DNA of 64,000 bases from positions 3,265 to 67,264 of the forward strand of contig JAZNBY010000181.1 of assembly GCA_045587325.1 (NCBI GenBank), given 5' to 3'. Below, piece by piece: positions 42,351 through 50,154 of this stretch. Position numbers and translations under genes: made by a program. Source of the stretch: Lachnospiraceae bacterium (GTDB lineage: Bacteria; Bacillota; Clostridia; Lachnospirales; Lachnospiraceae). Each line of letters starts with the position of its first letter. Within the stretch, counting starts at the first letter, position 1. The notes under the pieces are model-generated. The model did not search any database and was not told the origin of the DNA. It saw only the letters and a list, made by a program, of their open reading frames with translations.

Positions 42351-42698
42351 TTAATTTAAAAGATTCTCCAGCTCTGCGTATTCGGCATTCGTCAGATTCT
42401 TTGTTTTCAAAACGCATCTAACAAATTCGTGAAGTGAACCGTCAAACTTATCATTAATCATCTGAGTCGCGGTTCTTACCTTGTAGTCCTCTTCGCTCAT
42501 AACAGAGGTCACAACGCTGTTTACATTCTGGAATAATCCGTGTTCGCATAATCTACGAAGCATGGTGTATGTCGTAGACTTCGCCCAATCAAACTTTTCC
42601 TTGCAAAGCTTAACCACTGCTCCTGATCCGATTCCCTCATTCGCCCATAACAGCTTCGCCATTTCCATTTCCTTTTCTCCGATTCCAAATCTCTGCAT
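42351..42698 (-). CDS. BlaI/MecI/CopY-family winged-helix repressor (orphan, no BlaR1-like partner in window)
   Basis: GEKEMEMAKLLWANEGIGSGAVVKLCKEKFDWAKSTTYTMLRRLCEHGLF fits the penicillinase-repressor pattern. Start ambiguous (ATG 42698 or TTG 42710). Confidence 0.75.
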   Translation of the reverse strand: MQRFGIGEKEMEMAKLLWANEGIGSGAVVKLCKEKFDWAKSTTYTMLRRLCEHGLFQNVNSVVTSVMSEEDYKVRTATQMINDKFDGSLHEFVRCVLKTKNLTNAEYAELENLLN

Positions 42699-42718
42699 AA
42701 TTTGTACCAATCCTTTCG

Positions 42719-43216
42719 TTAGTAGTCAATTTTTTCTCCGGTATGCGTTTTATATGGTCTTGCCCGAAGCATTTTACAATCTTTTCGACTCTCCACCTTT
42801 TTTATGTACAGTGTTACTATGTCTTTTATCTGCTTTCTGCCTACTCCCTCTAAAGAGGTCAATCGATACGGGATGTATATACTCTTCCGACCGGCAGCGG
42901 CAGCATACATGTCATTGATCGGCGTCACCATTGCACGACACACTATTGCAATCACAATCTCTTCCGGAATGGTATAGCTTACTTCCGTCATGAAGTACCT
43001 TGCCAGTGCCACCGGTTCCACTTCATCCGGAAGATACACATGCCCGCTGCCATCAATGCAGCTTCGCATCACATCCGCAGTTAAACTCCGAATGGAGGAT
43101 AATTCCCCATGTGGATACCGTTTGAAACTCTCCACCGGATGAGCGTCAATGCTATCCTGAATGATGGAGCGTACCGTTTCCCGTGTTGCCAGGAACGGGG
43201 TAATATCCATTATCAT
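42719..43216 (-). CDS. Hypothetical protein, 165 aa
   Basis: Start moved to MIMDITPF. C-terminal basic segment VGRKQIKDIVTLYIKK may be HTH-like. Confidence 0.5.
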   Translation of the reverse strand: MIMDITPFLATRETVRSIIQDSIDAHPVESFKRYPHGELSSIRSLTADVMRSCIDGSGHVYLPDEVEPVALARYFMTEVSYTIPEEIVIAIVCRAMVTPINDMYAAAAGRKSIYIPYRLTSLEGVGRKQIKDIVTLYIKKVESRKDCKMLRARPYKTHTGEKIDY

Positions 43217-43221
43217 ATCTT

Positions 43222-43599
43222 TCACCCTTTCATACCTTCTGACGCTTCCATGCTCTTCGTCGAGGTGTAGTCCGTAGAGAACATCCCTAAGATGCCGCAA
43301 GGCTCGTCTGCCATACTTGCCATCTTTTCATCGCTGAAACGAAAGTAACTCTGATATCCTTTGATATTCTTGATTTTACTTGGCCGCTCAAAGAGAAGCA
43401 TATAGCAGTTATGCCACCCTACTCTCTCATCCGTTCCGTAGTTTTCTAAGTAAATCTCCTCCGGTGTAATTTGAAACCACGAAAACTCTTTATTGTGTTC
43501 CTGGCATACATACTCCAGCATTGATTCGCGGGAATCAAATTCTCGTGCCTGTTTCATAGCTTCGGAAAGCATCCCTCTGTTTGGTCTATATATTACCAT
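43222..43599 (-). CDS. Hypothetical protein, 125 aa
   Basis: ATG 7 nt after AAGGAG. Confidence 0.55.
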   Translation of the reverse strand: MVIYRPNRGMLSEAMKQAREFDSRESMLEYVCQEHNKEFSWFQITPEEIYLENYGTDERVGWHNCYMLLFERPSKIKNIKGYQSYFRFSDEKMASMADEPCGILGMFSTDYTSTKSMEASEGMKG

Positions 43600-43612
43600 G
43601 CTCACACTCCTT

Positions 43613-43957
43613 CTACTCTGCCTTTTCCTTTACGGTATAAATATTGCCGTTTGCGCCTACGATTTCATATTTTTCATACAATGCTTTTATGACTTCGTCA
43701 TCTTCAGCGTAAACATCGTATTGATAACCGGCAGGAATATCCTCGTATGTTTTAGGTAATATAAGCAGAACAATTATAACCAACATAAGTGCACTAAGGA
43801 GTGAGCTAAACATTTTTGATGTATCCATTGACCAAATAGCCTTTATCAACCCTATAATCAAAAGAATGGCTACTGCAGCTATAATTATTTTCGTTAATGT
43901 GGACGGTTCCGAAACAAATACTTCTGTTTTATTTAGAATTTCAGCACCTTCAATCAT
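43613..43957 (-). CDS. Two-TM membrane protein, 114 aa
   Basis: Helices IIIAAVAILLIIGLIKAIW and LLSALMLVIIVLLIL. ATGA overlap with the upstream gene. Confidence 0.55.
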   Translation of the reverse strand: MIEGAEILNKTEVFVSEPSTLTKIIIAAVAILLIIGLIKAIWSMDTSKMFSSLLSALMLVIIVLLILPKTYEDIPAGYQYDVYAEDDEVIKALYEKYEIVGANGNIYTVKEKAE

Positions 43958-44418
43958 CTTCTTACCCTCACTTTCAAACCGTCAAGCCCAACAGAGGAAT
44001 ATCCTACGATGTAGTACCGTTCTCCGTTATGCTCCACTCTGGATGTTCTCCAGGTTGCAACCTCTTCCCAATCCTCTTTCTCTGAGTTGTATATCTCTTC
44101 TCGGTATTCAAATTCAATGCCGCTGCCACTTGTATATGTTCTATATCCATTCTTCGTACAGTACCGGCCCAATTCATTCATGACCAGTGTGTCCGTATAC
44201 TCCACCGGACGGCTGAGATAATCCAAGGAATACTCTATATCAGACAGTTTGTATAATATGTCTCTGTATTCATTGGTCAAGAGCAGCGCTTCTCCGTCGG
44301 TTTTATCGTACTTCACTCCGGATAAATCGTCATACTCACGGAATTGTGACTGATTAAGAAGCGTTTTTGCTTGCCGTCTCAGTTGTTCCAGTTCCTTAGA
44401 TAACTCTTCTAATGTCAT
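43954..44418 (-). CDS. Hypothetical protein, 154 aa, immediately downstream of the nuclease
   Basis: RBS AAAGGAGAAGG. Position compatible with a nuclease inhibitor or immunity partner (speculative). Confidence 0.55.
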   Translation of the reverse strand: MTLEELSKELEQLRRQAKTLLNQSQFREYDDLSGVKYDKTDGEALLLTNEYRDILYKLSDIEYSLDYLSRPVEYTDTLVMNELGRYCTKNGYRTYTSGSGIEFEYREEIYNSEKEDWEEVATWRTSRVEHNGERYYIVGYSSVGLDGLKVRVRR

Positions 44419-44441
44419 TTCCCTTCTCCTTTCCTGTCTTT

Positions 44442-45431
44442 CTATGGGTTACACCACCCGCACGGTTCGTATCCTTCTCCCGTGAGTGCTTCCCTGGTAC
44501 CTTCGTACTCTTTCTTATTCTTTCCACCGATGTCCGCCACCTTTTCGCAGTCCGTCTCGTGGAATTTGAGCGTCTTGGTGTTCAGGATGAAGTTCTGCTC
44601 TATTCCCCGCTCCGCTGCCACGCAAGAATCGCCAGTAGCGTAATCGATCCATATTCCCGGTTGAATATTGTAGACGAATATGGAGAACAGCAGTCCACCG
44701 TCTTCGTGAATCCCGACTTCATGAGGAGCCACTTCCGCTTCCATCCACACACCCTTACAAACAAGGTTATCTCCTTCAAATACTGGCGTTACTCGGTAAT
44801 ATACATGATTACCGGTTAAACGAATGTAGTTTGCCACCATGCTCTCATACGGCTCCATACCCAAATTAAAGTGCCTCGTGCCGGTGATTAGGTTCTGCGG
44901 ATTAGCATTTTCTCCTGTCAGCTGGAAGCCTAATATATGGCAGCGGTTATAGAGGTACTTATCTTCTATTAAATCGTCATATCGTACCGTATGCCATCCT
45001 GTAGGCTTTACCATGCCGATTTCTCCTCGTGGTTCTGTAGGCATGAGTTCCTTTCCAACAAGTGCTTCTGCCATTCCGCATCGTCCCAGCTCATCCAGTT
45101 CACTATACTTCTCATATGCTGTTGTAACTGTTTTGTCGAATCCGTATGGCGGTATCTCCACCACGAAGTCACCGTTGTAATCAGGAATACTCTTAAGTCG
45201 GTCCGTAAACGACGCACCTTCTTTCCCGCTTTCCATATTACCGATGGTAGGCAGCGGCGCTTCCGTCAATGAAACGGCTTGGTTGCTTTCCGCTGTATCT
45301 CCTTTATTTAAAGGGAGAGTTATTTGACAGTTGTGGTCCTCGTATGGATCTAACGGCACCGGGTTCGGCGGTAAACAGCCAGCTAAGCATACGCATAGAA
45401 TAAGAAGACTTAAACCATTCTTCCGCAACAT
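44442..45431 (-). CDS. Secreted lipoprotein DNA/RNA non-specific endonuclease (EndA/NucA-type) with C-terminal Ada-like zinc finger
   Basis: Lipobox LILCVCLAGC. YNRCHILGFQLTGENANPQNLITGTRHFNLGMEPYE fits the His-Me finger nuclease pattern. C-terminus FHETDC...GYEPCGWCNP. Confidence 0.8.
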   Translation of the reverse strand: MLRKNGLSLLILCVCLAGCLPPNPVPLDPYEDHNCQITLPLNKGDTAESNQAVSLTEAPLPTIGNMESGKEGASFTDRLKSIPDYNGDFVVEIPPYGFDKTVTTAYEKYSELDELGRCGMAEALVGKELMPTEPRGEIGMVKPTGWHTVRYDDLIEDKYLYNRCHILGFQLTGENANPQNLITGTRHFNLGMEPYESMVANYIRLTGNHVYYRVTPVFEGDNLVCKGVWMEAEVAPHEVGIHEDGGLLFSIFVYNIQPGIWIDYATGDSCVAAERGIEQNFILNTKTLKFHETDCEKVADIGGKNKKEYEGTREALTGEGYEPCGWCNP

Positions 45432-45713
45432 CTATTCCTCCTTATCTTCCGATGCGCCACTTATTGCGTCTGTTGATGATGCGGCAAACAATGGCGTGTC
45501 CTCTTCTGTTTCATCCGGAACATATTCTATAATATCCCCCGGCTGCATTTCCAGTATGGCACATAACTTATTGAGTACAGCTGTGCTGATCATCTTGTCA
45601 TTTCGTAACTGATTGATAGTACCTTCTCCAATTAGCTTCTCGTTTCGTAATCGTGTAGTCGGATAGTGACGAACTTTGAGCTCCCAGAGAACATCGATTT
45701 TGTATCGTAACAT
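45432..45713 (-). CDS. HTH transcriptional regulator (XRE/Cro-like), 93 aa
   Basis: RLRNEKLIGEGTINQLRNDKMISTAVLNKLCAILEMQPGDIIEY. Acidic tail. First gene after the divergent promoter/operator region. Confidence 0.7.
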   Translation of the reverse strand: MLRYKIDVLWELKVRHYPTTRLRNEKLIGEGTINQLRNDKMISTAVLNKLCAILEMQPGDIIEYVPDETEEDTPLFAASSTDAISGASEDKEE

Positions 45714-45786
45714 GTTGTCATTCCCCCTTCCTTTTTCATAGATAAAGTCTCATATTTCAGAACATGATTTGCTGTCCCTCCTCTTC

Positions 45787-45815
45787 ATTATAATCGGTCT
45801 AACATGACCTGTCAA
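45787..45815 (-). promoter_or_regulatory. Consensus promoter of the regulator-nuclease operon
   Basis: On the minus strand: TTGACA, 17-nt spacer, TATAAT. Confidence 0.75.
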
Positions 45816-45822
45816 TATAAAA

Positions 45823-45894
45823 TACACAAAAAACTGTGTAAAAAAACACAAAAAACTGTGTAATACCTATTGACATTACACAGAAAACTGTGTA
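45823..45894. promoter_or_regulatory. Three tandem ACACA-N6/8-TGTGT operators
   Basis: TACACAAAAAACTGTGTA (45823), AACACAAAAAACTGTGTA (45845), TACACAGAAAACTGTGTA (45877). The third fills the spacer of the plus-strand promoter. Confidence 0.7.
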
Positions 45895-45898
45895 TAAT
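45870..45898 (+). promoter_or_regulatory. Consensus promoter of the plus-strand small-gene operon
   Basis: TTGACA, 17-nt spacer, TATAAT. Confidence 0.75.
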
Positions 45899-45943
45899 GT
45901 ACTTAGATGATTTAATTAGATTAGATTTGAAAGGGGTGTAAAA

Positions 45944-46186
45944 ATGCTGGCTTGTGAAAACTTAACACACTATACTCCCGATAGCGGTCAGTATGAAAAA
46001 TTCGACAAGATAAATAATCTTCCGGAAGAGGTTTGGGAAAGAAGATGTTGCCTGACTAATGATTGTTCCATCTGTGATATGGCCATCCATCATTTCCTAT
46101 TATCTACGACAAAACATACATGTGTATACGGTATGACACGGGAGGAATTTGAGAACCGCATGGACAACGCTGATGTGGACTTTTAG
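45944..46186 (+). CDS. Small Cys-rich protein, 80 aa
   Basis: RBS AAAGGGG. CCLTNDCSICD...HTC. Confidence 0.5.
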   Translation: MLACENLTHYTPDSGQYEKFDKINNLPEEVWERRCCLTNDCSICDMAIHHFLLSTTKHTCVYGMTREEFENRMDNADVDF

Positions 46187-46200
46187 GAAGGAGGCAGCGA

Positions 46201-46458
46201 ATGAGCGTAGTACCAAGCAAGACGGTAGGCAATCTTACCATATATGATAATGGATACAACGGCCTCTCATGGGAGCGTTGCTACCGGGATGAATTTGGAA
46301 AACCTCATAAAGAGTATGAAGGGATTTCGGCAGCGGATATGCTTGAATATCTGTATGAGGAAAACCTTCCGAACAACTTTAGAGAGGTATTCACCACAGA
46401 GGAACAGGATTTATTCATCAAGGAATATTACAGAATTATGAGCAGACTGAGAGCTTAA
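46201..46458 (+). CDS. Hypothetical protein, 85 aa
   Basis: RBS GGAAGGAGG. Confidence 0.55.
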   Translation: MSVVPSKTVGNLTIYDNGYNGLSWERCYRDEFGKPHKEYEGISAADMLEYLYEENLPNNFREVFTTEEQDLFIKEYYRIMSRLRA

Positions 46459-46470
46459 AGGAGGACTAAT

Positions 46471-46863
46471 ATGTTTGTAAAGAGTATGAACGAAGCGTGG
46501 TGTGCAGCAAAGAAGATTTTCCCTACCGATTACAAATTGGATGAGAAGGCATCCAAGAATGCCGGTTATGAGATTTACTACAGTACCGCAGAGGGAAATA
46601 ATGAATGGATTTCCAATCTTGGAACTGCCTTGGAGCTGAATATGAAGAGCGGAACCATCCGTATCAATGTTGTAGAGGATAAGCCGGTTTTCATGACAGC
46701 AACGGTGCAGAGCTTAACAAAAGAGTATCCGGATTACACCTTAAACAATGTGATTTCGGTCATTCACTTAAATCAGGCGCTTGTTATTACAACGCTTGAT
46801 GGTGATGCGGTAAATACACACACTTACGACAAGACAAACGCCCTTGTATCAATACGGGCCTAA
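46471..46863 (+). CDS. Hypothetical protein, 130 aa
   Basis: RBS AAAGGAGG. Confidence 0.55.
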   Translation: MFVKSMNEAWCAAKKIFPTDYKLDEKASKNAGYEIYYSTAEGNNEWISNLGTALELNMKSGTIRINVVEDKPVFMTATVQSLTKEYPDYTLNNVISVIHLNQALVITTLDGDAVNTHTYDKTNALVSIRA

Positions 46864-46880
46864 AAAAGAAAGGAGCGCAT

Positions 46881-47045
46881 ATGGAAGATTACGAGATTAT
46901 CTATGATTACTGTAGTGAGGATGGTTTTGAGGAGAGAAACATCACCGAAAACTTTACCGGCACTCACTTGGAACTTATGGACTACATAAAGCAGATGCGG
47001 GAAAATGGTTGCTATAACATTACCGCAACCGCTCTCTCCATGTAG
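46881..47045 (+). CDS. Unlisted 54-aa ORF
   Basis: AAAGGAG, 6 nt, ATG. Translation MEDYEIIYDYCSEDGFEERNITENFTGTHLELMDYIKQMRENGCYNITATALSM. Confidence 0.45.
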   Translation: MEDYEIIYDYCSEDGFEERNITENFTGTHLELMDYIKQMRENGCYNITATALSM

Positions 47046-47051
47046 ACCATT

Positions 47052-47082
47052 CTCCCGCCCCGGAGGTTACGAGGGCAGAAAG
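47052..47082 (+). repeat. Conserved 31-nt intergenic leader element, copy 1
   Basis: CTCCCGCCCCGGAGGTTACGAGGGCAGAAAG just upstream of ORF 47097. It matches copy 2 at 29 of 31 positions. Confidence 0.6.
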
Positions 47083-47096
47083 AGAGGTTTTAAATT

Positions 47097-47312
47097 ATGG
47101 AAAAAGATTGTAGTAGTTGTGCTAATGCAAAATTATTTAAAGGTGCTTACACTGGTACATGTTATTTGGAATGTGGCAATGTACCGGACGCCAGCAAAAT
47201 GAGTATAGAGGAACTTCGTGACAGATGCGTAAACCCTCAGAAATACAAAGAAAAAGAATGCATCTATGAAAAGGGAACGCCAAAAGATTGCGGTGTAACC
47301 TATGATGATTAA
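47097..47312 (+). CDS. Small Cys-rich protein, 71 aa
   Basis: CSSCANAKLFKGAYTGTCYLECG. Confidence 0.5.
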   Translation: MEKDCSSCANAKLFKGAYTGTCYLECGNVPDASKMSIEELRDRCVNPQKYKEKECIYEKGTPKDCGVTYDD

Positions 47313-47360
47313 AAGAGAAAAGCTGACCATATCGGCTATACGGTGGAGATAGGAGGCTTT

Positions 47361-47612
47361 ATGGGCAAAAATGATATTATTAGGGCGATTGATAGCGTAC
47401 AAGCATATATTGATGAGCAGTTTGAGGCGCATGGAAAGTTTGTCATAACGGAGTGGGTTATTGCTACAGACAAGAAGTATGAAATTAGTCGGATTGAGCA
47501 AAGTGATGACGGTATCATATGTGTTGTTGTTGACTTCATCCTGTGCAATGGACTTAAAACATGGAAGCTAGGTAGATACTTTCGTGTAATGGCGGACGGG
47601 ACGGTTCGGTAA
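47361..47612 (+). CDS. Hypothetical protein, 83 aa
   Basis: ATG after TAGGAGG. Confidence 0.5.
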   Translation: MGKNDIIRAIDSVQAYIDEQFEAHGKFVITEWVIATDKKYEISRIEQSDDGIICVVVDFILCNGLKTWKLGRYFRVMADGTVR

Positions 47613-47620
47613 ATGTTACT

Positions 47621-47651
47621 CTCCCGCCTCGGAGGTTACGAAGGCAGAAAG
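47621..47651 (+). repeat. Conserved 31-nt intergenic leader element, copy 2
   Basis: CTCCCGCCTCGGAGGTTACGAAGGCAGAAAG just upstream of ORF 47659. Confidence 0.6.
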
Positions 47652-47658
47652 GAATGAT

Positions 47659-48135
47659 ATGAGAACGATTACGGAAAGAACAGAGATTGCAAAGGCAATT
47701 AACGGACATGGGATGCCGGTTATTACCATTGATTTAGCGGATTCAGATGAATATGGGCTGAAAAGTCAGAAGGTACTTATCGACAATGGAACCTTTGAGG
47801 ACGGTTTTCCATACTACATTCGTTCAGAGTTAAGAGCATATACGGATGAAAAGAAATTCAGATTCAGTCAGGGGCCGGTTGGCATCTCCGCATCTTTTAC
47901 TTATCACGACATGAAAGAAATGCTGGATTACAGAAATGCTCCGATTGTGAAACCGGACGAGGATGTTGTGATTGTATTTATTGACTCAAAGGAAAAGATG
48001 GCGCTCTGCCCTATTATTTTACACACAAGCGGACGCATTGATGCAAATTGCACTACCCCGCTTTCGTTTACTGATACTGATATGGATACAAGACCGTACT
48101 TGAAGCTGGCGGGATTTGAAGTTGGAGAAGGTTAA
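47659..48135 (+). CDS. Hypothetical protein, 158 aa
   Basis: Co-directional operon ORF. Confidence 0.55.
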   Translation: MRTITERTEIAKAINGHGMPVITIDLADSDEYGLKSQKVLIDNGTFEDGFPYYIRSELRAYTDEKKFRFSQGPVGISASFTYHDMKEMLDYRNAPIVKPDEDVVIVFIDSKEKMALCPIILHTSGRIDANCTTPLSFTDTDMDTRPYLKLAGFEVGEG

Positions 48136-48146
48136 GGAGGGGTACT

Positions 48147-48380
48147 ATGAAGAACCGGTGCTATCTGAACTGTAAAAAAGTTGATACGGCGATCGGCAGA
48201 GCGAAAAGAATTTTGGCGGATTTTGCTAAGAAGAACGGTTTATGCGAGAACTTCGGCACTGACATGGCGAGGGAAATGGAGAACAAATTCGTTGATATAT
48301 GCGATTTCTCCAGTGAAATGAACTCTGTGCGGCGCAAAATTGACAGATTTAGAGATTGGTGTATGATCTACACCGGATAA
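48147..48380 (+). CDS. Hypothetical protein, 77 aa
   Basis: RBS AAGGAGGGG. Confidence 0.5.
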   Translation: MKNRCYLNCKKVDTAIGRAKRILADFAKKNGLCENFGTDMAREMENKFVDICDFSSEMNSVRRKIDRFRDWCMIYTG

Positions 48381-48422
48381 TGAGATGGCTGTCCTATCGG
48401 CATGACGGGGAAGGAGGATGAA

Positions 48423-48668
48423 ATGTACGATTTTACAAAAGCAGTCGAAGAAGTTATTAATGAATGTGTGAGGACCGGTGCTCATAGCGTTGTGCAGCGT
48501 ACCGATGAAAGCGGTGATGTGACTATATGGGTGGAAGCAGCTTGGTGTGAGGTTTTGGGCGGATTTGAAGTGGTTGAACTGTTTATCTGTTACATTGACA
48601 CCGGGCGTGTGGCATATAGCAAACTGATTAACGAAACCAAAAGAAAATTGAATCGGGAGGGAAAATAA
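48423..48668 (+). CDS. Hypothetical protein, 81 aa
   Basis: ATG 5 nt after AAGGAGG. Confidence 0.5.
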   Translation: MYDFTKAVEEVINECVRTGAHSVVQRTDESGDVTIWVEAAWCEVLGGFEVVELFICYIDTGRVAYSKLINETKRKLNREGK

Positions 48669-49129
48669 TGAGTTATAAAGAGTTTTTAGATAACATTGAT
48701 TTGTATGTTGGCAAGATTGTGGAATTTACTTATCGGTTTAAGGCAGACGGAAAAATCATGAAGGCAGAGCGCTATGTATGGGATAGAAATGAATTTGGAG
48801 AACCGGCGCCGGATGCGCTCATTGAGGTAATTGAGGTTCGGGTTGTTCGTGACACTACTCCTGTGATGACAGCGGGATTTGTGCCGTACATCACAAGAAA
48901 CTTATCTCAGGACGATCGGTGTGAACTGTGGGGCTGTTTAATCGATGTGGTTGAGGACTGGCTTGAAAGCAGGGGTATTACACCGGATGATATTCCGAAC
49001 GATGATAGAGAGGAAGGCGACTCTGCCATTATTTACGGTTGCGATTACGATATTTTGGCGGACGGGTTTGCGGCAGTCCTTGGGATTGACCGGGACAATA
49101 TTACAAGTATGAAAGAAAGGGGCGTTTAG
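48668..49129 (+). CDS. Hypothetical protein, 153 aa
   Basis: RBS GGGAGGG. Start overlaps the previous stop by 1 nt. Confidence 0.55.
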   Translation: MSYKEFLDNIDLYVGKIVEFTYRFKADGKIMKAERYVWDRNEFGEPAPDALIEVIEVRVVRDTTPVMTAGFVPYITRNLSQDDRCELWGCLIDVVEDWLESRGITPDDIPNDDREEGDSAIIYGCDYDILADGFAAVLGIDRDNITSMKERGV

Positions 49130-49145
49130 TTTGGAAGGAGGACAT

Positions 49146-49349
49146 ATGCAGACAATACGGGAGTTTCTAAAAGGAACACGGAATAATTACCATGTAAATA
49201 TTACACAGGACACAAATGATAATGTGATATTTGATGGAACTTATGCGGAGTTGAAAGCAAACAGAAACGATTTGCTTAATGAAATTGTAATTAGTTGGGA
49301 TGCTGTACCTATGGCAGACGGAACAACGGATATAGGGATTATGATTTAA
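49146..49349 (+). CDS. Hypothetical protein, 67 aa
   Basis: ATG after GGAAGGAGG. Confidence 0.5.
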   Translation: MQTIREFLKGTRNNYHVNITQDTNDNVIFDGTYAELKANRNDLLNEIVISWDAVPMADGTTDIGIMI

Positions 49350-49363
49350 GGAGGATTGGTAAC

Positions 49364-49648
49364 ATGAAACAAATCTATATTTTAAACACCTGTAACGCAT
49401 GGAAGGAGCATAGCAGCATGTTTCCCGTAGCTGCAAGCCTTTCCATCACCAAAATCAAGAATTTGATTATACAGCTGATAAAGAAAGGGGATATGGAATA
49501 TATGGGGCGTTGCCCCGTTTCCAATCCCACAAAAGATATGCAGACAAAGGTATTCCGAGAAGATTTTAAGGAGCATGGTGCTGAATTTGCCTTTAATTCA
49601 TTGGAATATGGCTATGTAAATATCATGGAAGACGGAGTGATGGAATGA
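49364..49648 (+). CDS. Hypothetical protein, 94 aa
   Basis: ATG after AAGGAGG. Confidence 0.5.
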   Translation: MKQIYILNTCNAWKEHSSMFPVAASLSITKIKNLIIQLIKKGDMEYMGRCPVSNPTKDMQTKVFREDFKEHGAEFAFNSLEYGYVNIMEDGVME

Positions 49649-50154
49649 AAAATTGCAAAGAGCGTAGACTTGGGAAGCCTCTTTACATAGCAGAGCCGGT
49701 AAAGGTCCGTAACCTCGGACCTTCGGTATGCCCGGAATGCGGTGGCGCAAGTGACTTATTGGAGCGTAAAGGGTACGGTTTTCGTGCAGTTTTTTCTTTG
49801 TGCCGAGAAAAACGGCATCAGGTTCAGTTAGAGAAGGAGCTTTATCAGAAATTTGAAGTAGGTGATATTGTTCGGGTATATGAGTCCTCTTTTGGAAAAG
49901 ACTCTGTGTTACGACTTCATTCGTTTTATGAGGGGCCGGTTGTCAATGTTTACCCTTTTATCACGGACTATGATTTCGACTTTATGGTAGAAAAGGCGGT
50001 CCTTCATGGAAAGGAGGTGCCTTCGCATTCGTGGGTATATGGTCATGTTATCAGAGGACATGCATCGCATTCCAGGGATGTGCGGCTGATCCGCAGAGCG
50101 GAACAAACAAAAGATAAGGAGGGTACAGATGAAATCAGAGGAAATGAAGCGTGA
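49645..50154 (+). CDS. Hypothetical protein, 169 aa, with one CxxC
   Basis: ATGA overlap with the upstream gene. CPECGG. Confidence 0.55.
   Translation: MKNCKERRLGKPLYIAEPVKVRNLGPSVCPECGGASDLLERKGYGFRAVFSLCREKRHQVQLEKELYQKFEVGDIVRVYESSFGKDSVLRLHSFYEGPVVNVYPFITDYDFDFMVEKAVLHGKEVPSHSWVYGHVIRGHASHSRDVRLIRRAEQTKDKEGTDEIRGNEA

Noticed and set aside
42351-42698. BlaI-family repressor as evidence of a beta-lactam resistance module
   Set aside because: There is no BlaR1/MecR1 sensor, beta-lactamase or PBP2a-like gene in the window. The repressor appears to be an orphan, so no resistance claim is made.
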